Shown here: positions 1-10,754 of the stretch, piece by piece
Layout: every line of letters starts with the position of its first letter
How positions within the stretch are numbered: position 1 is the first letter of the stretch
Assembly: GCA_963764555.1 (NCBI GenBank)
Contig: CAVXSW010000005.1
Location: 821,264-885,263, forward strand
Length of the DNA stretch: 64,000 nucleotides
Direction: 5' to 3'
From: an uncultured Acidimicrobiales bacterium
Lineage (GTDB): Bacteria; Actinomycetota; Acidimicrobiia; Acidimicrobiales; RAAP-2
The notes under the pieces: generated by a model
Seen by the model: only the letters and a program-made list of their open reading frames with translations
What the model was told of the DNA's origin: nothing
The model's database searches: none
Made by a program: the position numbers and the translations under genes

Positions 1-342
1 GGTGTGGTTGCTCGGGATCGCAGGACTTGGGTTGCGAACCTTCTCGCGCGTGGATCAGAAGGTCGTCTTGGCCCTCCAAATGGCCCTACATAGGGGCGGA
101 GAGGGCAAATTCCACCGGACCATCTGGAATTGAATTATGTCGCTGACCTGGTAGTACGTCACTGGATCGCATCACAAAGACGACCCGGAGGTCCCTACGG
201 ATCAGAAGGGTTGGGAGTTCGAATCCAACCGAGCGCGCAAGGCAAGTAAGTGCAAGCAGGCAAGACAGGAGCAGGAACGTCTTCCCTGGCGCCGACCCGC
301 TGACGGCCCGGCTGCCGGCAGCGTGTCCCCCCGGGTGGCGCG

Positions 343-1248
343 CTAGGCGTCGCGGCGCACGAGGACCCAGCAGCCGGCCCCGAGGACCACCACGGTGTAC
401 AGCACGAGCAGACCGAAGCCCGTCCACGGGCTGAAGGCGGGGCCGATGCGATCGGGCACCCCATGGGTGGAGAACATGACGATGCCGATGTTGGCCGGGA
501 GGTAGCGGGCCACGGCGTTGCTGATCGACATGGGCAGCGCCTGGACGATGAGCGGCAGGACCAGCACCACTCCGACGAAGGCCGATATGGCGCCGGCGGT
601 GTGCCGGATGATGGTGGCCAGCCCGAGCGCCAGCAGCCCGAGCACGGCCAGGTAGAGCCCGGCACCGACCACGGCCCGCAGAACCCCGGCCTGCCCCAGC
701 GAAGCGGAACCCCCCGACAGCGAGGCCTGTACCTCGTGGGGGAGCTTGAGCCCGAGGTGCTGGGCCCGCTGGGTCACGATCGCCGAGGACCCGACGGCGT
801 GCTTGGCCGACAGGATGGCCTGGCCGACGCCGAAGGCGATGAACGCGAGGATCTCGCTCACCACCACGGCGACCGCTCCGAACACGAGGATCTTGGCGGA
901 GAGCACGACCGGTCGGCGGGGCACCGCTGACAAGGTGGCGCGGATGGTGCCGGTGCCGTACTCGGCGCTCATGACCAGCACCCCGAGCACCCCGAAGATG
1001 AGCTGGCCGAGGAAGATGCCGATCAGGCTCCGGCGGACCGGATCGTCGATGATGTCGGTGGAGGTGACCGTGGCGGTGCTCAGCACCGACAGGCCCACCA
1101 CCGCCACCCCGGTGGCGACCAGCGTCCACAGGGTCGACCGCACCGACCAGAACTTGGTCCACTCGGCCGCCATGGCCCGGCGCAGGCCGACCCGGCCCGA
1201 CGGCTGCCGGACGGCGAAGGGGGCGGGAGCGGCGAGCACCGTGGTCAC
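343..1248 (-). CDS. ABC-2 type transporter permease
   Basis: 301-aa ORF with multiple hydrophobic helices and an N-terminal EWTKFWSVRSTLWTL segment typical of actinobacterial ABC-2 permeases. GTGA start/stop overlap with the upstream ATPase gene at 1245-1248. Confidence 0.8.
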   Translation of the reverse strand: MTTVLAAPAPFAVRQPSGRVGLRRAMAAEWTKFWSVRSTLWTLVATGVAVVGLSVLSTATVTSTDIIDDPVRRSLIGIFLGQLIFGVLGVLVMSAEYGTGTIRATLSAVPRRPVVLSAKILVFGAVAVVVSEILAFIAFGVGQAILSAKHAVGSSAIVTQRAQHLGLKLPHEVQASLSGGSASLGQAGVLRAVVGAGLYLAVLGLLALGLATIIRHTAGAISAFVGVVLVLPLIVQALPMSISNAVARYLPANIGIVMFSTHGVPDRIGPAFSPWTGFGLLVLYTVVVLGAGCWVLVRRDA

Positions 1249-2147
1249 GATCCACCTCGGAACTCGACGGCTTCGTCGGTCAGCTCCATGAATGCGTCCT
1301 CCAGTGAGGCGACAGGGGTCAGTTCGTGCAGGGCCACGCCCACCGAGGCGGCGAGGTCGCCCACCTCCGGTGCCGACAGGCCGGTCACGGTCATCGACCC
1401 GTCGGGGTCGGAGATGATGGTCCCGCCGGCGTTGGTCACGGCGTCGGACAACTCGTGGGGGGCGGGCGTGCGCAGCTTGACCGACTGCCGGGAGCTGCCG
1501 GCGACGAAATCGGCCACCGACGTCTCGGCGATCATCCGGCCCTTGCCGATGACCACCAGGTGGTCGGCGGTCAGGGCCATCTCGGCCATGAGGTGGCTCG
1601 ACACGAACACCGTGCGGCCCTCACCGGCCAGCCTCTTGCACAGCGTGCGCACCCAGCGGATGCCTTCGGGATCGAGGCCGTTGACCGGCTCGTCGAACAG
1701 CAGCACCCCCGGGTCGCCGAGCAGGGCGGCGGCGATGCCCAGCCGCTGGCCCATGCCGAGCGAGAACTTGCCCACCCGCTTGCCGGCGACCGAGGTGAGC
1801 CCCACGAGCTCGAGCACCTCGTCGACCCGCATCCGGGGGATGGCGTTGCTCCGGGCCAGGGTGAGCAGATGGGCGCGGGCGGACCGGCCGGGATGGATCG
1901 ACTTCGCCTCCAGCAGGCCCCCCACCTCCCGGAGCGGCCAGGGGAGGTCGTGGTAGCGCCGGCCGAGCACGGTGACGGTCCCCGAGGCCGGCGCATCGAG
2001 GCCCATGATCATCCGCATCGTGGTCGACTTGCCCGACCCGTTCGGGCCGAGGAACCCGGTCACGGTCCCCGGGCGCACGTCGAAGGACAGGTTGTCGACC
2101 GCCGTCACGTCGCCGAACCGCTTGGAGAGCCCCCGGGCCTCGATCAC
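1245..2147 (-). CDS. ABC transporter ATP-binding protein
   Basis: Walker A GPNGSGKST, signature SLGMGQR, Walker B LLFDEP. Start set at in-frame GTG 2147 (MIEARGLSKRFG, AAGGA upstream) rather than the Arg/Gly-rich extension to 2348. Alternative in-frame GTG at 2180. Confidence 0.9.
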   Translation of the reverse strand: MIEARGLSKRFGDVTAVDNLSFDVRPGTVTGFLGPNGSGKSTTMRMIMGLDAPASGTVTVLGRRYHDLPWPLREVGGLLEAKSIHPGRSARAHLLTLARSNAIPRMRVDEVLELVGLTSVAGKRVGKFSLGMGQRLGIAAALLGDPGVLLFDEPVNGLDPEGIRWVRTLCKRLAGEGRTVFVSSHLMAEMALTADHLVVIGKGRMIAETSVADFVAGSSRQSVKLRTPAPHELSDAVTNAGGTIISDPDGSMTVTGLSAPEVGDLAASVGVALHELTPVASLEDAFMELTDEAVEFRGGS

Positions 2148-2182
2148 CGTGCGATCCTTGTCACCTTGCGATCCTTGCACGA
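2145..2182. repeat. 16-17 nt tandem duplication over the ABC ATPase SD/start region
   Basis: caccgtgcgatccttgt / caccttgcgatccttg / cacga. Each unit starts with cac (GTG on the coding strand). The two in-frame GTGs are 33 nt apart. Confidence 0.7.
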
Positions 2183-2350
2183 TGCCCCGGCCGGGGGGTA
2201 TCGGGGAGAACCCTGATCCGACCCTGACTCCGCCGTCCTCCCTGGGGCGACGGTCCTCCGCCACCTGGGCGTTCACTTCCGCAGCCGAGGAGGCCGGTCC
2301 GGCTCGTGAGCTCAGAGCACCCCGGGCCGTAGCATGGGTGACAGTCAACC

Positions 2351-4090
2351 GTGCCCACCCTGTTCAAGGATCTGCCCGTGGCCTTCGACACCGTCATCAA
2401 GTCCGGCACCCTCGTCGACGGCACGGGCGCACCGGCCCGGACGGCCGACGTCGCCCTCGCCGGCGACCGGGTCGTGGAGGTCGGCCGGGTGACCGGTCGA
2501 GCCCGGCGGGTCATCGACGCCGACGGGGCGGTCGTGGCGCCCGGGTTCGTGGACATCCACACCCACTACGACGGCCAGGCCACCTGGGACGATCGCTTGC
2601 AGCCGTCGTCGGGCCACGGCGTCACCACCGTCGTCACGGGGAACTGCGGGGTCGGCTTCGCCCCCGTGCGTCCGGACGACCACGAGCTGCTCGTGGAGCT
2701 GATGGAGGGGGTCGAGGACCTGCCGGGCACCGTGCTGCACGAGGGCCTGTCGTGGGAGTGGGAGTCCATCGGCGACTACCTGGACGCACTCGACCGCCGC
2801 CCGTTCGACATCGACCTGGCCGCCCAGGTGTGCCACGCCCCGGTCCGGGTCTACGCCATGGGCCGGCGCGGCGCCGACCGGGAGGTGGCCACGGCCGACG
2901 AGATCGCCGACATGGGCCGTATCGCCGCCGAGGGCATCCGAGCGGGTGCCTTGGGCTTCACCACGTCCCGCACGCTCAACCACCGCACCAGCAAGGGTGA
3001 GCCCACGCCCACGCTCACCGCCTCGCGCGACGAGCTCGTCGGGATCGCCGCCGCCATCGGCGAGCTCGGACGAGGGGTGCTGCAGGTGGTGTCGGACTTC
3101 ACCAACGGCCGTGACGAGGACGAGCTGCTGCTCGACATGATGCGGGCATCGGGCCGGCCGCTCTCGATCTCGTTGGCGCAGAGCGCACCGGGCACGGGCT
3201 TCCGCTCGAAGCTGGAGCTGCTCGACGCCGCCCATGCCGAGGGACTGCCCATGCGCGGCCAGGTGGCGGCCCGGGCCGTCGGGGTCCTGCTGGGCCTGCA
3301 GGGCTCGATCAACCCGCTCTCCCGGACCGCCTCGTTCCGGGCCCTCGCCGGGTTGCCCGTGGCCGAGCAGGCCCGCGCCCTGTCCGCCCCGGAGCGTCGT
3401 GGAGCGCTGATCGAAGAGGCCCGGGCTTCCGGCCTCCCGTTCCCGCTCGAGCACATCTTCGAGCTCGGCGACCCGCCCGACTACGAGCCCGGGCCGGAGG
3501 CCAGTGTGGCCGCCCGGGCGCGGCGCGACGGCCTCGACCCGCATGCGCTGTACGTGGACCTGCTGCTCGGCGACGAGGGACGGGCGCTGCTCTACCTTCC
3601 GTTCCTCAACTACTTCGACGGCAACCTCGACGCCGCCGCCGAGATGCTCGCCCATCCCCACACCGTCCCCGGCCTGAGCGACGGCGGGGCGCACGTCGGC
3701 ACGATCTGCGACGGGAGCTTCCCGAGCTCCCTGCTCACCCACTGGGGGCGGGACCGTCGGCGGGGCTCCACCTTCGAGCTGCCCTTCCTGGTCCAACGGC
3801 AGAGCCGCTCGACGGCCGAGGCGGTGGGCCTCTGCGACCGGGGGCTGCTGGCACCCGGGTACAAGGCCGACGTCAACGTCATCGACTTCGACAACCTGCG
3901 TCTGTCGCCGCCGGTCATGGTCCGGGACCTGCCGGCCGGCGGCAAGCGGCTCCTGCAGGACGCCCACGGCTACCTCCACACGTTCGTGTCGGGGGTCGAG
4001 ACCTACACCGACGGCAGCCCGACGGGTGCGTTGCCGGGCCGGCTCGTGCGAGGCGGTCGACCGGATCCGGCCCGGGAGCTCGCAGGATGA
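2351..4090 (+). CDS. N-acyl-D-amino-acid deacylase (D-aminoacylase) family amidohydrolase
   Basis: 579-aa intact ORF. N-terminus [12 protein letters not shown]...[12 protein letters not shown] carries the HxH metal motif typical of this amidohydrolase branch. Divergent from the ABC operon. Confidence 0.8.
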   Translation: MPTLFKDLPVAFDTVIKSGTLVDGTGAPARTADVALAGDRVVEVGRVTGRARRVIDADGAVVAPGFVDIHTHYDGQATWDDRLQPSSGHGVTTVVTGNCGVGFAPVRPDDHELLVELMEGVEDLPGTVLHEGLSWEWESIGDYLDALDRRPFDIDLAAQVCHAPVRVYAMGRRGADREVATADEIADMGRIAAEGIRAGALGFTTSRTLNHRTSKGEPTPTLTASRDELVGIAAAIGELGRGVLQVVSDFTNGRDEDELLLDMMRASGRPLSISLAQSAPGTGFRSKLELLDAAHAEGLPMRGQVAARAVGVLLGLQGSINPLSRTASFRALAGLPVAEQARALSAPERRGALIEEARASGLPFPLEHIFELGDPPDYEPGPEASVAARARRDGLDPHALYVDLLLGDEGRALLYLPFLNYFDGNLDAAAEMLAHPHTVPGLSDGGAHVGTICDGSFPSSLLTHWGRDRRRGSTFELPFLVQRQSRSTAEAVGLCDRGLLAPGYKADVNVIDFDNLRLSPPVMVRDLPAGGKRLLQDAHGYLHTFVSGVETYTDGSPTGALPGRLVRGGRPDPARELAG

Positions 4091-5109
4091 GCGTCGCCCC
4101 GCGGGTCCTCGAGACCCGGTGCGAGTGGACGGCGGCCGACGTCTCTGACGAGGAGGCGTGGACCGAGCACTTCGACGCCGTCGAACAGCAGGAGCTCGAC
4201 GCCGCCCTCCGCTGCGCCCTCCAGAAGTCCGACGACGTGCTCGAGCTCGGACGGGAGGACTTCCCGCTACCCACCCTCGCCACCCGCCTGCCGCGCATCG
4301 AGGACGAGCTCATCAACGGACGCGGCTTCGTGCGCCTCCGCGGGATCGACCGCCGGCGGTACTCGCAGGCGGAGATGGAGGTCCTGTACTGGGGGATCGG
4401 GATGCACCTCGGCCTGCCCTGGCCGCAGAACAAGCACGGGCACGTCCTCGGCGACGTCGTCGACCAGAACAAGTCGCTCGACGATCCCACCGTGCGCGGC
4501 AACGAGCTCGGTGGTGTGGCGCTGCCGTTCCACTGCGACGGTTCGGACCTGGTCGGTCTCCTGTGCCTCGAGAACGGCCGCAGCGGCGGGCTGTCGGCGG
4601 TGGCCAACTCGGTCCTGATCCACAACCGGCTGGTCGCCGACCGGCCCGAACTGGCCGCCGCCCTCTACGACGAGCTGCCCTACGACTTCCGGGGCGAGCA
4701 GCCGGCGGGCGGGAAGCCCTACTACCTGGTCCCGTGCTTCACCGAGTGGGAGGGCCGGCTGTTCGTGCGCTGCATCCCGCCCTACATCCTGGCCTCCCAG
4801 CGGCACCCCGAAGCGCCCCGCCTGACACCGCTCCAGCGCGAGGCGCTCGATGAGCTCGTCCACCTGGCCGACGACCCGGCGAACCACGTGCTCATGGACC
4901 TCCAGCCCGGCGACATGCAGTTCATCAACAACTACCACGTGCTCCACGGCCGCACGGCGTACCAGGACGACCGACGCACGGGACAGGTGCGTCATCTGAA
5001 GCGGCTGTGGCTCGAGACCACCGTGCTCACCAGCCGCCCGCCCTATTTCACCAACCACCGCACCCACTGGTCCGAGCACCGGACGGTCAGCCGCATCCAG
5101 GTCTCCTGA
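4087..5109 (+). CDS. TauD/TfdA family Fe(II)/2-oxoglutarate dioxygenase
   Basis: 340 aa. HxD motif (FHCDGSD) and distal His (YHVLHGRTAY). ATGA overlap with the upstream deacylase gene implies co-translation. Confidence 0.75.
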   Translation: MSVAPRVLETRCEWTAADVSDEEAWTEHFDAVEQQELDAALRCALQKSDDVLELGREDFPLPTLATRLPRIEDELINGRGFVRLRGIDRRRYSQAEMEVLYWGIGMHLGLPWPQNKHGHVLGDVVDQNKSLDDPTVRGNELGGVALPFHCDGSDLVGLLCLENGRSGGLSAVANSVLIHNRLVADRPELAAALYDELPYDFRGEQPAGGKPYYLVPCFTEWEGRLFVRCIPPYILASQRHPEAPRLTPLQREALDELVHLADDPANHVLMDLQPGDMQFINNYHVLHGRTAYQDDRRTGQVRHLKRLWLETTVLTSRPPYFTNHRTHWSEHRTVSRIQVS

Positions 5110-5121
5110 CTGCGTTCCGGT

Positions 5122-6203
5122 TCAGCGGCGCTGGGAGGACAACGTGGCGACCCCGGGGACGTCGGCGTCGGACGCCAGCCGCCGCAGGGCGCTCCCCTGA
5201 CCCTTCAGGTAGTAGTCGAAGAAATCGGTGACGGTGCCGACGATGACCGGCTGCCAGGGTTTCCGGGGGCTGTCGGGGTCGTTCGTCTGGTGGAAGGAGG
5301 TGTGCGGTGCTCCGATCAGGGTGAGGAAGTACTTGGGCGGACTGGCATCGGCATAGACCTGTTGCCCGGCGGCGAAGGGGATCGTCTGATCGGCGGTGCC
5401 GTGCACCACGAGGAGCGGCACGGGCGGCCCGGTGAAATAGACCCCGTCGGGATAGGGGAGCTCGATCCCGTCGATCGACACCACCGCCTTGATCCGGGGA
5501 TCCCGGCAACAACTGTTGAACCCCGCTCCGAGGGCGGTGATCGCCCCGAGGGAATGGCCGACCACCCCGATCCGACCGGGATCGATCAGTGCCCGCCAGG
5601 GGTCGCCGGTGCTCTGGTCCGGGTCGAGCATCCGGGTGATCACGAAGCTGATGTCGCCCGGCTGATGGACGTAATCGCCGATGTCGTTACCACCCGGTGC
5701 GCCGATGCTGGTCAGCGGGAAGGTCGGCGCCGCCACGACGAAGCCGGCCGCCGCCCATCGACGGAGCAGCGGGCGATTGTCGGGCCCGTTCGAGCTGTCC
5801 CCGTGGGCGAAGACGACGAGGGGAAACCGCCGGGCGACCGGGGGGCACCCGGGTCTCCGGGACCGTTCCGCGGCCCAGGCAGCGGATAGAAGATGGTCGT
5901 CCGGATGATGCGTTCCGGGCTCCCCGGATAGCTACCGCTCGGCGGCGTCGGACGGGTCGTGTCCACGAATGTCTCATGGGTCCTCGCCACGACGAACGGG
6001 CCGTCGCTCCGTGGGCCGACGACGAGGGTGCTCGACCCGGCGTCGGCGACACCGCCCGCCCCGCCCGCCCCGGCGCCCGCCGCCGGGCTCGCCACAGACG
6101 CGGCAGATGTCGGAGCGCCGAGCGTCGCCGTCAGTGACGCCGTCATGGCGACGGCACCGATCACGGCGACGAGCGATCCCCGCCGACCCGGGCGCCCCGC
6201 CAC
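5122..6203 (-). pseudogene. secreted alpha/beta hydrolase (PAF-acetylhydrolase / dienelactone-hydrolase-like), frame broken once
   Basis: The signal-peptide-bearing N-terminal part (ORF 5712..6203) continues in the frame of ORF 5122..5736 as RFPLVVFAHG...GHSLG (nucleophile elbow). Adding one C to the G6/C6 run at 5840-5845 restores ...DPGAPPVARRFPLVVFAHG. Confidence 0.7.
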
Positions 6204-7144
6204 TACGTGGTCCTTCTCCGTCCGGGGGAGCCGGCGCGTGCAGACCGGTGTCCCCCGTCCTCCGTGAGCGCGGTCAACCGTCGCCGGGTGTCCTCGGCGG
6301 CGCGCTCGGTGCGGACCAAGGCCGACTCGGCCTCCCGCTGCCCTCTTCTCGCCCCCGACTGCGCTTTCACCGCCTCGTGGAGCTCCCGACGCAACCGCTC
6401 GACCCGCTCGGTCGCATCGCCGACCGAGCGCTCCGCCTCCGCCAGGCGTCGCTCTGCCTCCTGTCGGGCTGCACCGGCCTCGGCCACGGCCCGCTCGGCG
6501 CCGGCGACCGCTTCCTCGCGCCGGGCGTCCCGCCCCGGCCGGCCGGGGTGCTCGTCCGGTTCCTCGGCCGGTGACCGCTGACGGCGCCGACGCTCCGGCG
6601 GACCGGCCCGATCGCCGAGCACGTTCTCCGCACCGCCGAACCCGCTGGCCTGCAGGCCCCCGGTGAGCCGGCCCGACACGAGGGCCTCCCCGGCATCGGG
6701 GTCTGCCATCGCCGCCCGCAAGCTGTCCTCGAGTGAGCGGGCCGTCGCGTCACCGACGCTCCGGCCGCCTGCTTCCGCACACCGCTCGGCATGGTGCACC
6801 AACGAGCCGACCACCTGACGCTGCTGGTGCGAGAGCTGGCGAAGCTGGTCCCCCGAACGGTCGGCCACGGCCTGACGAAGGTCGGAGCCCAGCTCGAGCA
6901 GCGCCCGGACCTCGTCGGGATGGTGGCGCGCCAGCTGGTTGAGGAGCCACCCCACCAGGTTCGGTTTGGTCAGCGCGTGGATCTCGGCCGTCAGCCGTTT
7001 GTCGCCGGCATCCCTGGCCTGGCGTTCGCGCTCCTTGCGAGCCGTCGTGAACTCCTCCGGACGCAACCCGTAGAGCTCGTCGGCGATCTCGTCGAGGCCC
7101 ACCGACCCATGTTGCCAGCTCGGACGGAGGATCGATCCGCTCAC
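6203..7144 (-). CDS. conserved hypothetical protein with Arg/Glu/Ala-rich coiled-coil C-terminus
   Basis: 313-aa intact ORF. The N-terminal LDEIADELYGLRPEEFTTAR segment resembles a widespread actinobacterial hypothetical family. One-nt stop/start overlap with the hydrolase gene. Start uncertain (7144 or an internal GTG near 7102). Confidence 0.55.
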   Translation of the reverse strand: MSGSILRPSWQHGSVGLDEIADELYGLRPEEFTTARKERERQARDAGDKRLTAEIHALTKPNLVGWLLNQLARHHPDEVRALLELGSDLRQAVADRSGDQLRQLSHQQRQVVGSLVHHAERCAEAGGRSVGDATARSLEDSLRAAMADPDAGEALVSGRLTGGLQASGFGGAENVLGDRAGPPERRRRQRSPAEEPDEHPGRPGRDARREEAVAGAERAVAEAGAARQEAERRLAEAERSVGDATERVERLRRELHEAVKAQSGARRGQREAESALVRTERAAEDTRRRLTALTEDGGHRSARAGSPGRRRTT

Positions 7145-7243
7145 CCGGGCGGCGTTCCCCTCGCCGGGCCGGCGGTCACCTGGTGGACGGGTCCGGGCCG
7201 CCCGGCGCCGAGGCGCCGGGACGAGCCGCGGATCGCCGGCTGA

Positions 7244-8147
7244 CTACTTCCGGACCGAGATGTGAGCGAGCGGACCGTTCGGAGCCGGGTTGGGCTGGAG
7301 CACCTTGAAGCTGCACTGACCCGAGGCGTCGTCTCCGACCCGGTTGGGCAATCCGGCCGAGTCGCCGTATTGCACCGGCGGGGTGTTGTTGGAGCAGCTC
7401 ATATCGCCCGAGACCAGATTGGTCAGCACCTCGGAGGCGTCGGGATCGCCGAACACGTTGTTCGAGTAGGTGATGTCGTCCTTGACCGTGTTCCGCAGGG
7501 CACCGAAATAGCACGAGTGGACGCCCTCGACGTCGAGGTCACCCGAGATGGCGTTGTCCTCGTAGTCACTGAACACCGGTGACTGCATCAGGGCGAACGG
7601 TCCGGTCGTCGGTGGGGCACAGCTCAGTCCCCCGCCGCCGCCCTGTTGGCGGACGTCGGCCCGCATGGTCGTGGCGTGGATGATGACACCGAGTGCGCCG
7701 GTGGCGGTGACGTCGCCGCTCACGTAGTTCTGCCCGGTGAGCGTTCCGCCCGACTGTGCCGCCGGATCGTCGGAACAGGGCGACGCATTGGGCTCGCAGC
7801 CCATGACCAGGGTCGCACCGCTCCCGACCCGCAGGTCGCCATGGACGGTCAGGCTCGAGGTGCCGGACCCGGTCACGTCGTTGCGGGCGAAGGTCGCATT
7901 GAGCGCCGATCCGGCGGCGAGACGCAGATCACCCCGCACCAGGGCGGCCCCGCCGTTGACGACGCAGTAGCCGGTCACCGTGACGTCGGTGGAGTAGGTG
8001 CCGGAGAGGACACCGGGCTTGGCGAACGTGCCGGTGCACGTCGTGCGGGCCGAACCCGTGTGACTGGTCGGCGCCGGCGGAGGCCACTCCGACGGCGAGA
8101 CCGGCCGGGATGATGGCACCGACCAGCAAGACCTTCAATGACCGCAT
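7244..8147 (-). pseudogene. secreted Gly/Thr/Asp-rich repeat protein (beta-helix-like), frame broken between signal peptide and mature part
   Basis: ATG 8147 is preceded by GGAGG and encodes a textbook Sec signal (MRSLKVLLVGAIIPAGLAVGVASA-GA) in one frame. The 291-aa body (ORF 7244..8119) lies in another frame. Junction about 8065-8080. Confidence 0.55.
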
Positions 8148-8441
8148 GGGACCTCCAATTCGATTGAGCACGCCGTGTCCCGGCGTGCGGTCATCCTGGA
8201 TGACGGCTCGCACCGGGCGCAACCGAGACGGGTGGCAGCGGAGACCGGGGCGCGATTCCCCAGCGACGCACCCACTGCAGGTGGGCATGAGGGGACGGAG
8301 AGTGATCTCGGATTCTGTCGTCACACGAGAGACCGGCGCGAGCGCCACATCCGGGCGTGCTGCCGGCCGGCCGGATCCGGCTCCGGCGGCGTCGGCTACC
8401 TCCGGGTTTCCTCCTACCGCTCGGCCCCCGCCCCGACGAGC

Positions 8442-10597
8442 TCACGCACGTCCGGCTCGGGCGGGGCGACGGTCGGCCGGTTCGGGCCGGGCCCGACGGA
8501 CGAAGAGGGCCCGGCCGAGCCACTCGGGGAGGTACCAGTTCCACCGGCCGAGGACCCCGACCAGGGCCGGCACGAGCAGCGAGCGGATGACGACGGCGTC
8601 GACCAGGATGCCGGCGCCGAGGCCGGTGGCCATGACCTTGAGGTCGACCATCGAGGCCGTCGACATGGCGAGGAACCCGAGGAACAGGATCAGCGCGGCG
8701 CTGGTCACCAGCCGGCCGGTCCGCCCGATGCCGGTCACCACGGCCCGGTCGGTCGAGCCGGTGAGGTCGTACTCCTCCCGGATGCGGGACAGGATGAACA
8801 CCTCGTAGTCCATCGACAGCCCGAACAGGAAGGCGAACACCATGATCGGCACCCACACGGTGATCGAGCCGGTGGCCGGGATGGACCAGAGGAGCATGGC
8901 TGCCGAAGCCCTCCTGCCAGACCAGCACCATGACCCCGTAGGCGGCGCCGACCGACAGCAGGTTGAACAGCACGGCCTTGGCGGCGAGCACGATCGACCG
9001 GAAGGCCCGGGTCAGCAGCAGGAGGGTGGCGAGGCTGATGAGGGCCAGCAGCAACGGGAAGTTGCCGTAGACGGCGTGGACGAAGTCGACCTGGGTCGGC
9101 CCGACCCCACCGACGCCGATCGACGCCCGGCAGGCGGGCGGCGGCGTCGTCGCACGGCGGTGATGGCGGCACGCCCCGCCGGCGAGCTCGCCTCGGCCGT
9201 CGGCAGCACCTCGACCAGGGCGGTGCCCTGACGGGAGAACGACGGGCCCGTGGGGGCGACGGCCGTCTCGATGCCCGGCAGGCCGGACAGGTGGGCGGCG
9301 ACGGCCTTGGCCTGATCGGCCCGCACCAGCACCTCCATGGGGTCGAGGATCCCCGAGGGGACCCCTCCCGCCTCGAGGCGTTGCAGGGCCGCGTGGGCGG
9401 CGCCCTTCTGGGCCAGGGCGTCCGAGCTCGGCTCGCCCAGGCGGAGCGAGAGCAGCGGGACGACGAGGGCGATCAGCACCGCCCCGCCGGCCAGGGCGGC
9501 GGCCTTGCGGTGGCGGAGGACCAGCCCGGCCCAGGCCGTCCACGGCCGGCTGGCGTGGACCTCGCGGCGGAGCCGGGGGTGGTCGAGCGCCGGGCCGACG
9601 GTGGCGAGGAGCACCGGCAGCAGGGTGATGGCGGCGGCCACCGAGACCATCGGGATGAGGAACCCGGCGAGCCCGATGTCGGCCAGGAACGGAACGGGCA
9701 GCACGACGATGGCCAGCAGGCTGATGGCCACGGTGAGCCCGGAGAACACGACGGCCCGCCCGGCCGAGGACATGGCCTGCTCGACCGCCGCCGTGGTTGT
9801 CGGTGCCGAGGGCGCGCTGCTCCCGCCACCGGGTGATCGACCAGCAGCGAGTAGTCGATGGCCACGCCGAGGCCGATGAGGGCGATGAGGAACTCGACGA
9901 TCACCGACACCGAGGTCAGACGGGTGAGCCCGCCGACCAGCAGGAAGGTGGTCGGGATGGCGACCATGGCCATCAGCAGGGGCACGACGGCGATGAAGCT
10001 GGCGAACACGAAGGCCAGGACGGCCAGGGCCCCGACGCCGCCGAGCATGGTCTCGGTCATGGTGCTCGTGCCCTTGCGTCGACCCGCCGGTCTCGAGCTG
10101 GGCCAGGCCGGTCACGCCGGTGGTCCAGCCGGCGCGGCGCGGCCGCGGCGGCCGCCCTGGTCAGCTGCGGCGTGGAGTCCTTGCCGAAGCCGGTCTCGGG
10201 CGGGGTGAAGACCAGGCCGTAGCTGGTCCGCCCGTCCTGGGTGGCGAAGTGCGGAGTCGCCGGTGTCGGCCTGGTCGGCCACCCGCGACCCGGGGTACAC
10301 CTGCCGGGCGGCTGCGCCGGAAGATGGCGTCGGCGGTCGGCCGCGTCGGTCGGGCCGGCCGCCGGCGCGGTGGCGGTGAGCACGATGGGCGTCGCGTCCC
10401 CGCCGTTGTGATAGATGGCGGTGATCTTGGCGTCGGCGACGTACCCGGGCTGGCCGGGCAGCGAGAAGTCGGCCGACAGGCGCTTGGTGGTCGAGCCGAG
10501 CGTCATGACCCCGGCGACGACCAGGGCCAGCCAGACCAGTGACGACGAGACGCTTGTGGCGGAGGACGAACTTCGTGATGGGTGTCATGTCCTCCAT
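8442..10597 (-). pseudogene. MMPL family RND-type transporter, about 11 frame breaks
   Basis: MMPL-like segments are spread over ORFs 10112..10618, 10057..10506, 9473..10060, 9012..10115, 8735..9172, 8191..9543 and 8442..8897. Examples: KFVLRHKRLV, TKRLSADFSLPGQPGY, LGGVGALAVLAFVFASF, AIDYSLLV, ITRWREQ, GRAVVFSGLTVAISLLA, FGLSMDYEVFILSRIREEY. Confidence 0.8.
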
Positions 10598-10754
10598 CTT
10601 CGGGATGTCGGCCTGCATCGCACATCGGCCGGGTGGTGGTTGTTGGGCTGCTCCCGCGGTGGGTCCCCGCGCCGCCGCGTACTCCCGGCGCGGTAGGCGG
10701 GGAGCACTCTCCAGGGCGACGACCGGCGCGGACGAGGACGCTTACGCTGACGGT

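Noticed and set aside
209-230. Calling a tRNA gene from the GTTCGAATC-containing hairpin
   Set aside because: No complementary acceptor stem, D-arm or anticodon arm could be built. The stem and loop lengths are non-canonical. It is kept only as a low-interest remnant hypothesis.
311-322. Perfect 12-nt palindrome GCTGCCGGCAGC downstream of the ABC permease stop as a terminator
   Set aside because: No loop and no U-tract. Such GC palindromes are common by chance at this composition.
1245-2348. Long N-terminal extension (about 67 aa) of the first ABC ATPase
   Set aside because: The extension is Arg/Gly/Ala-rich and lacks homology-like features. The conserved ATPase N-terminus begins at GTG 2147 with an SD-like AAGGA, and the extension would consume the divergent promoter region.
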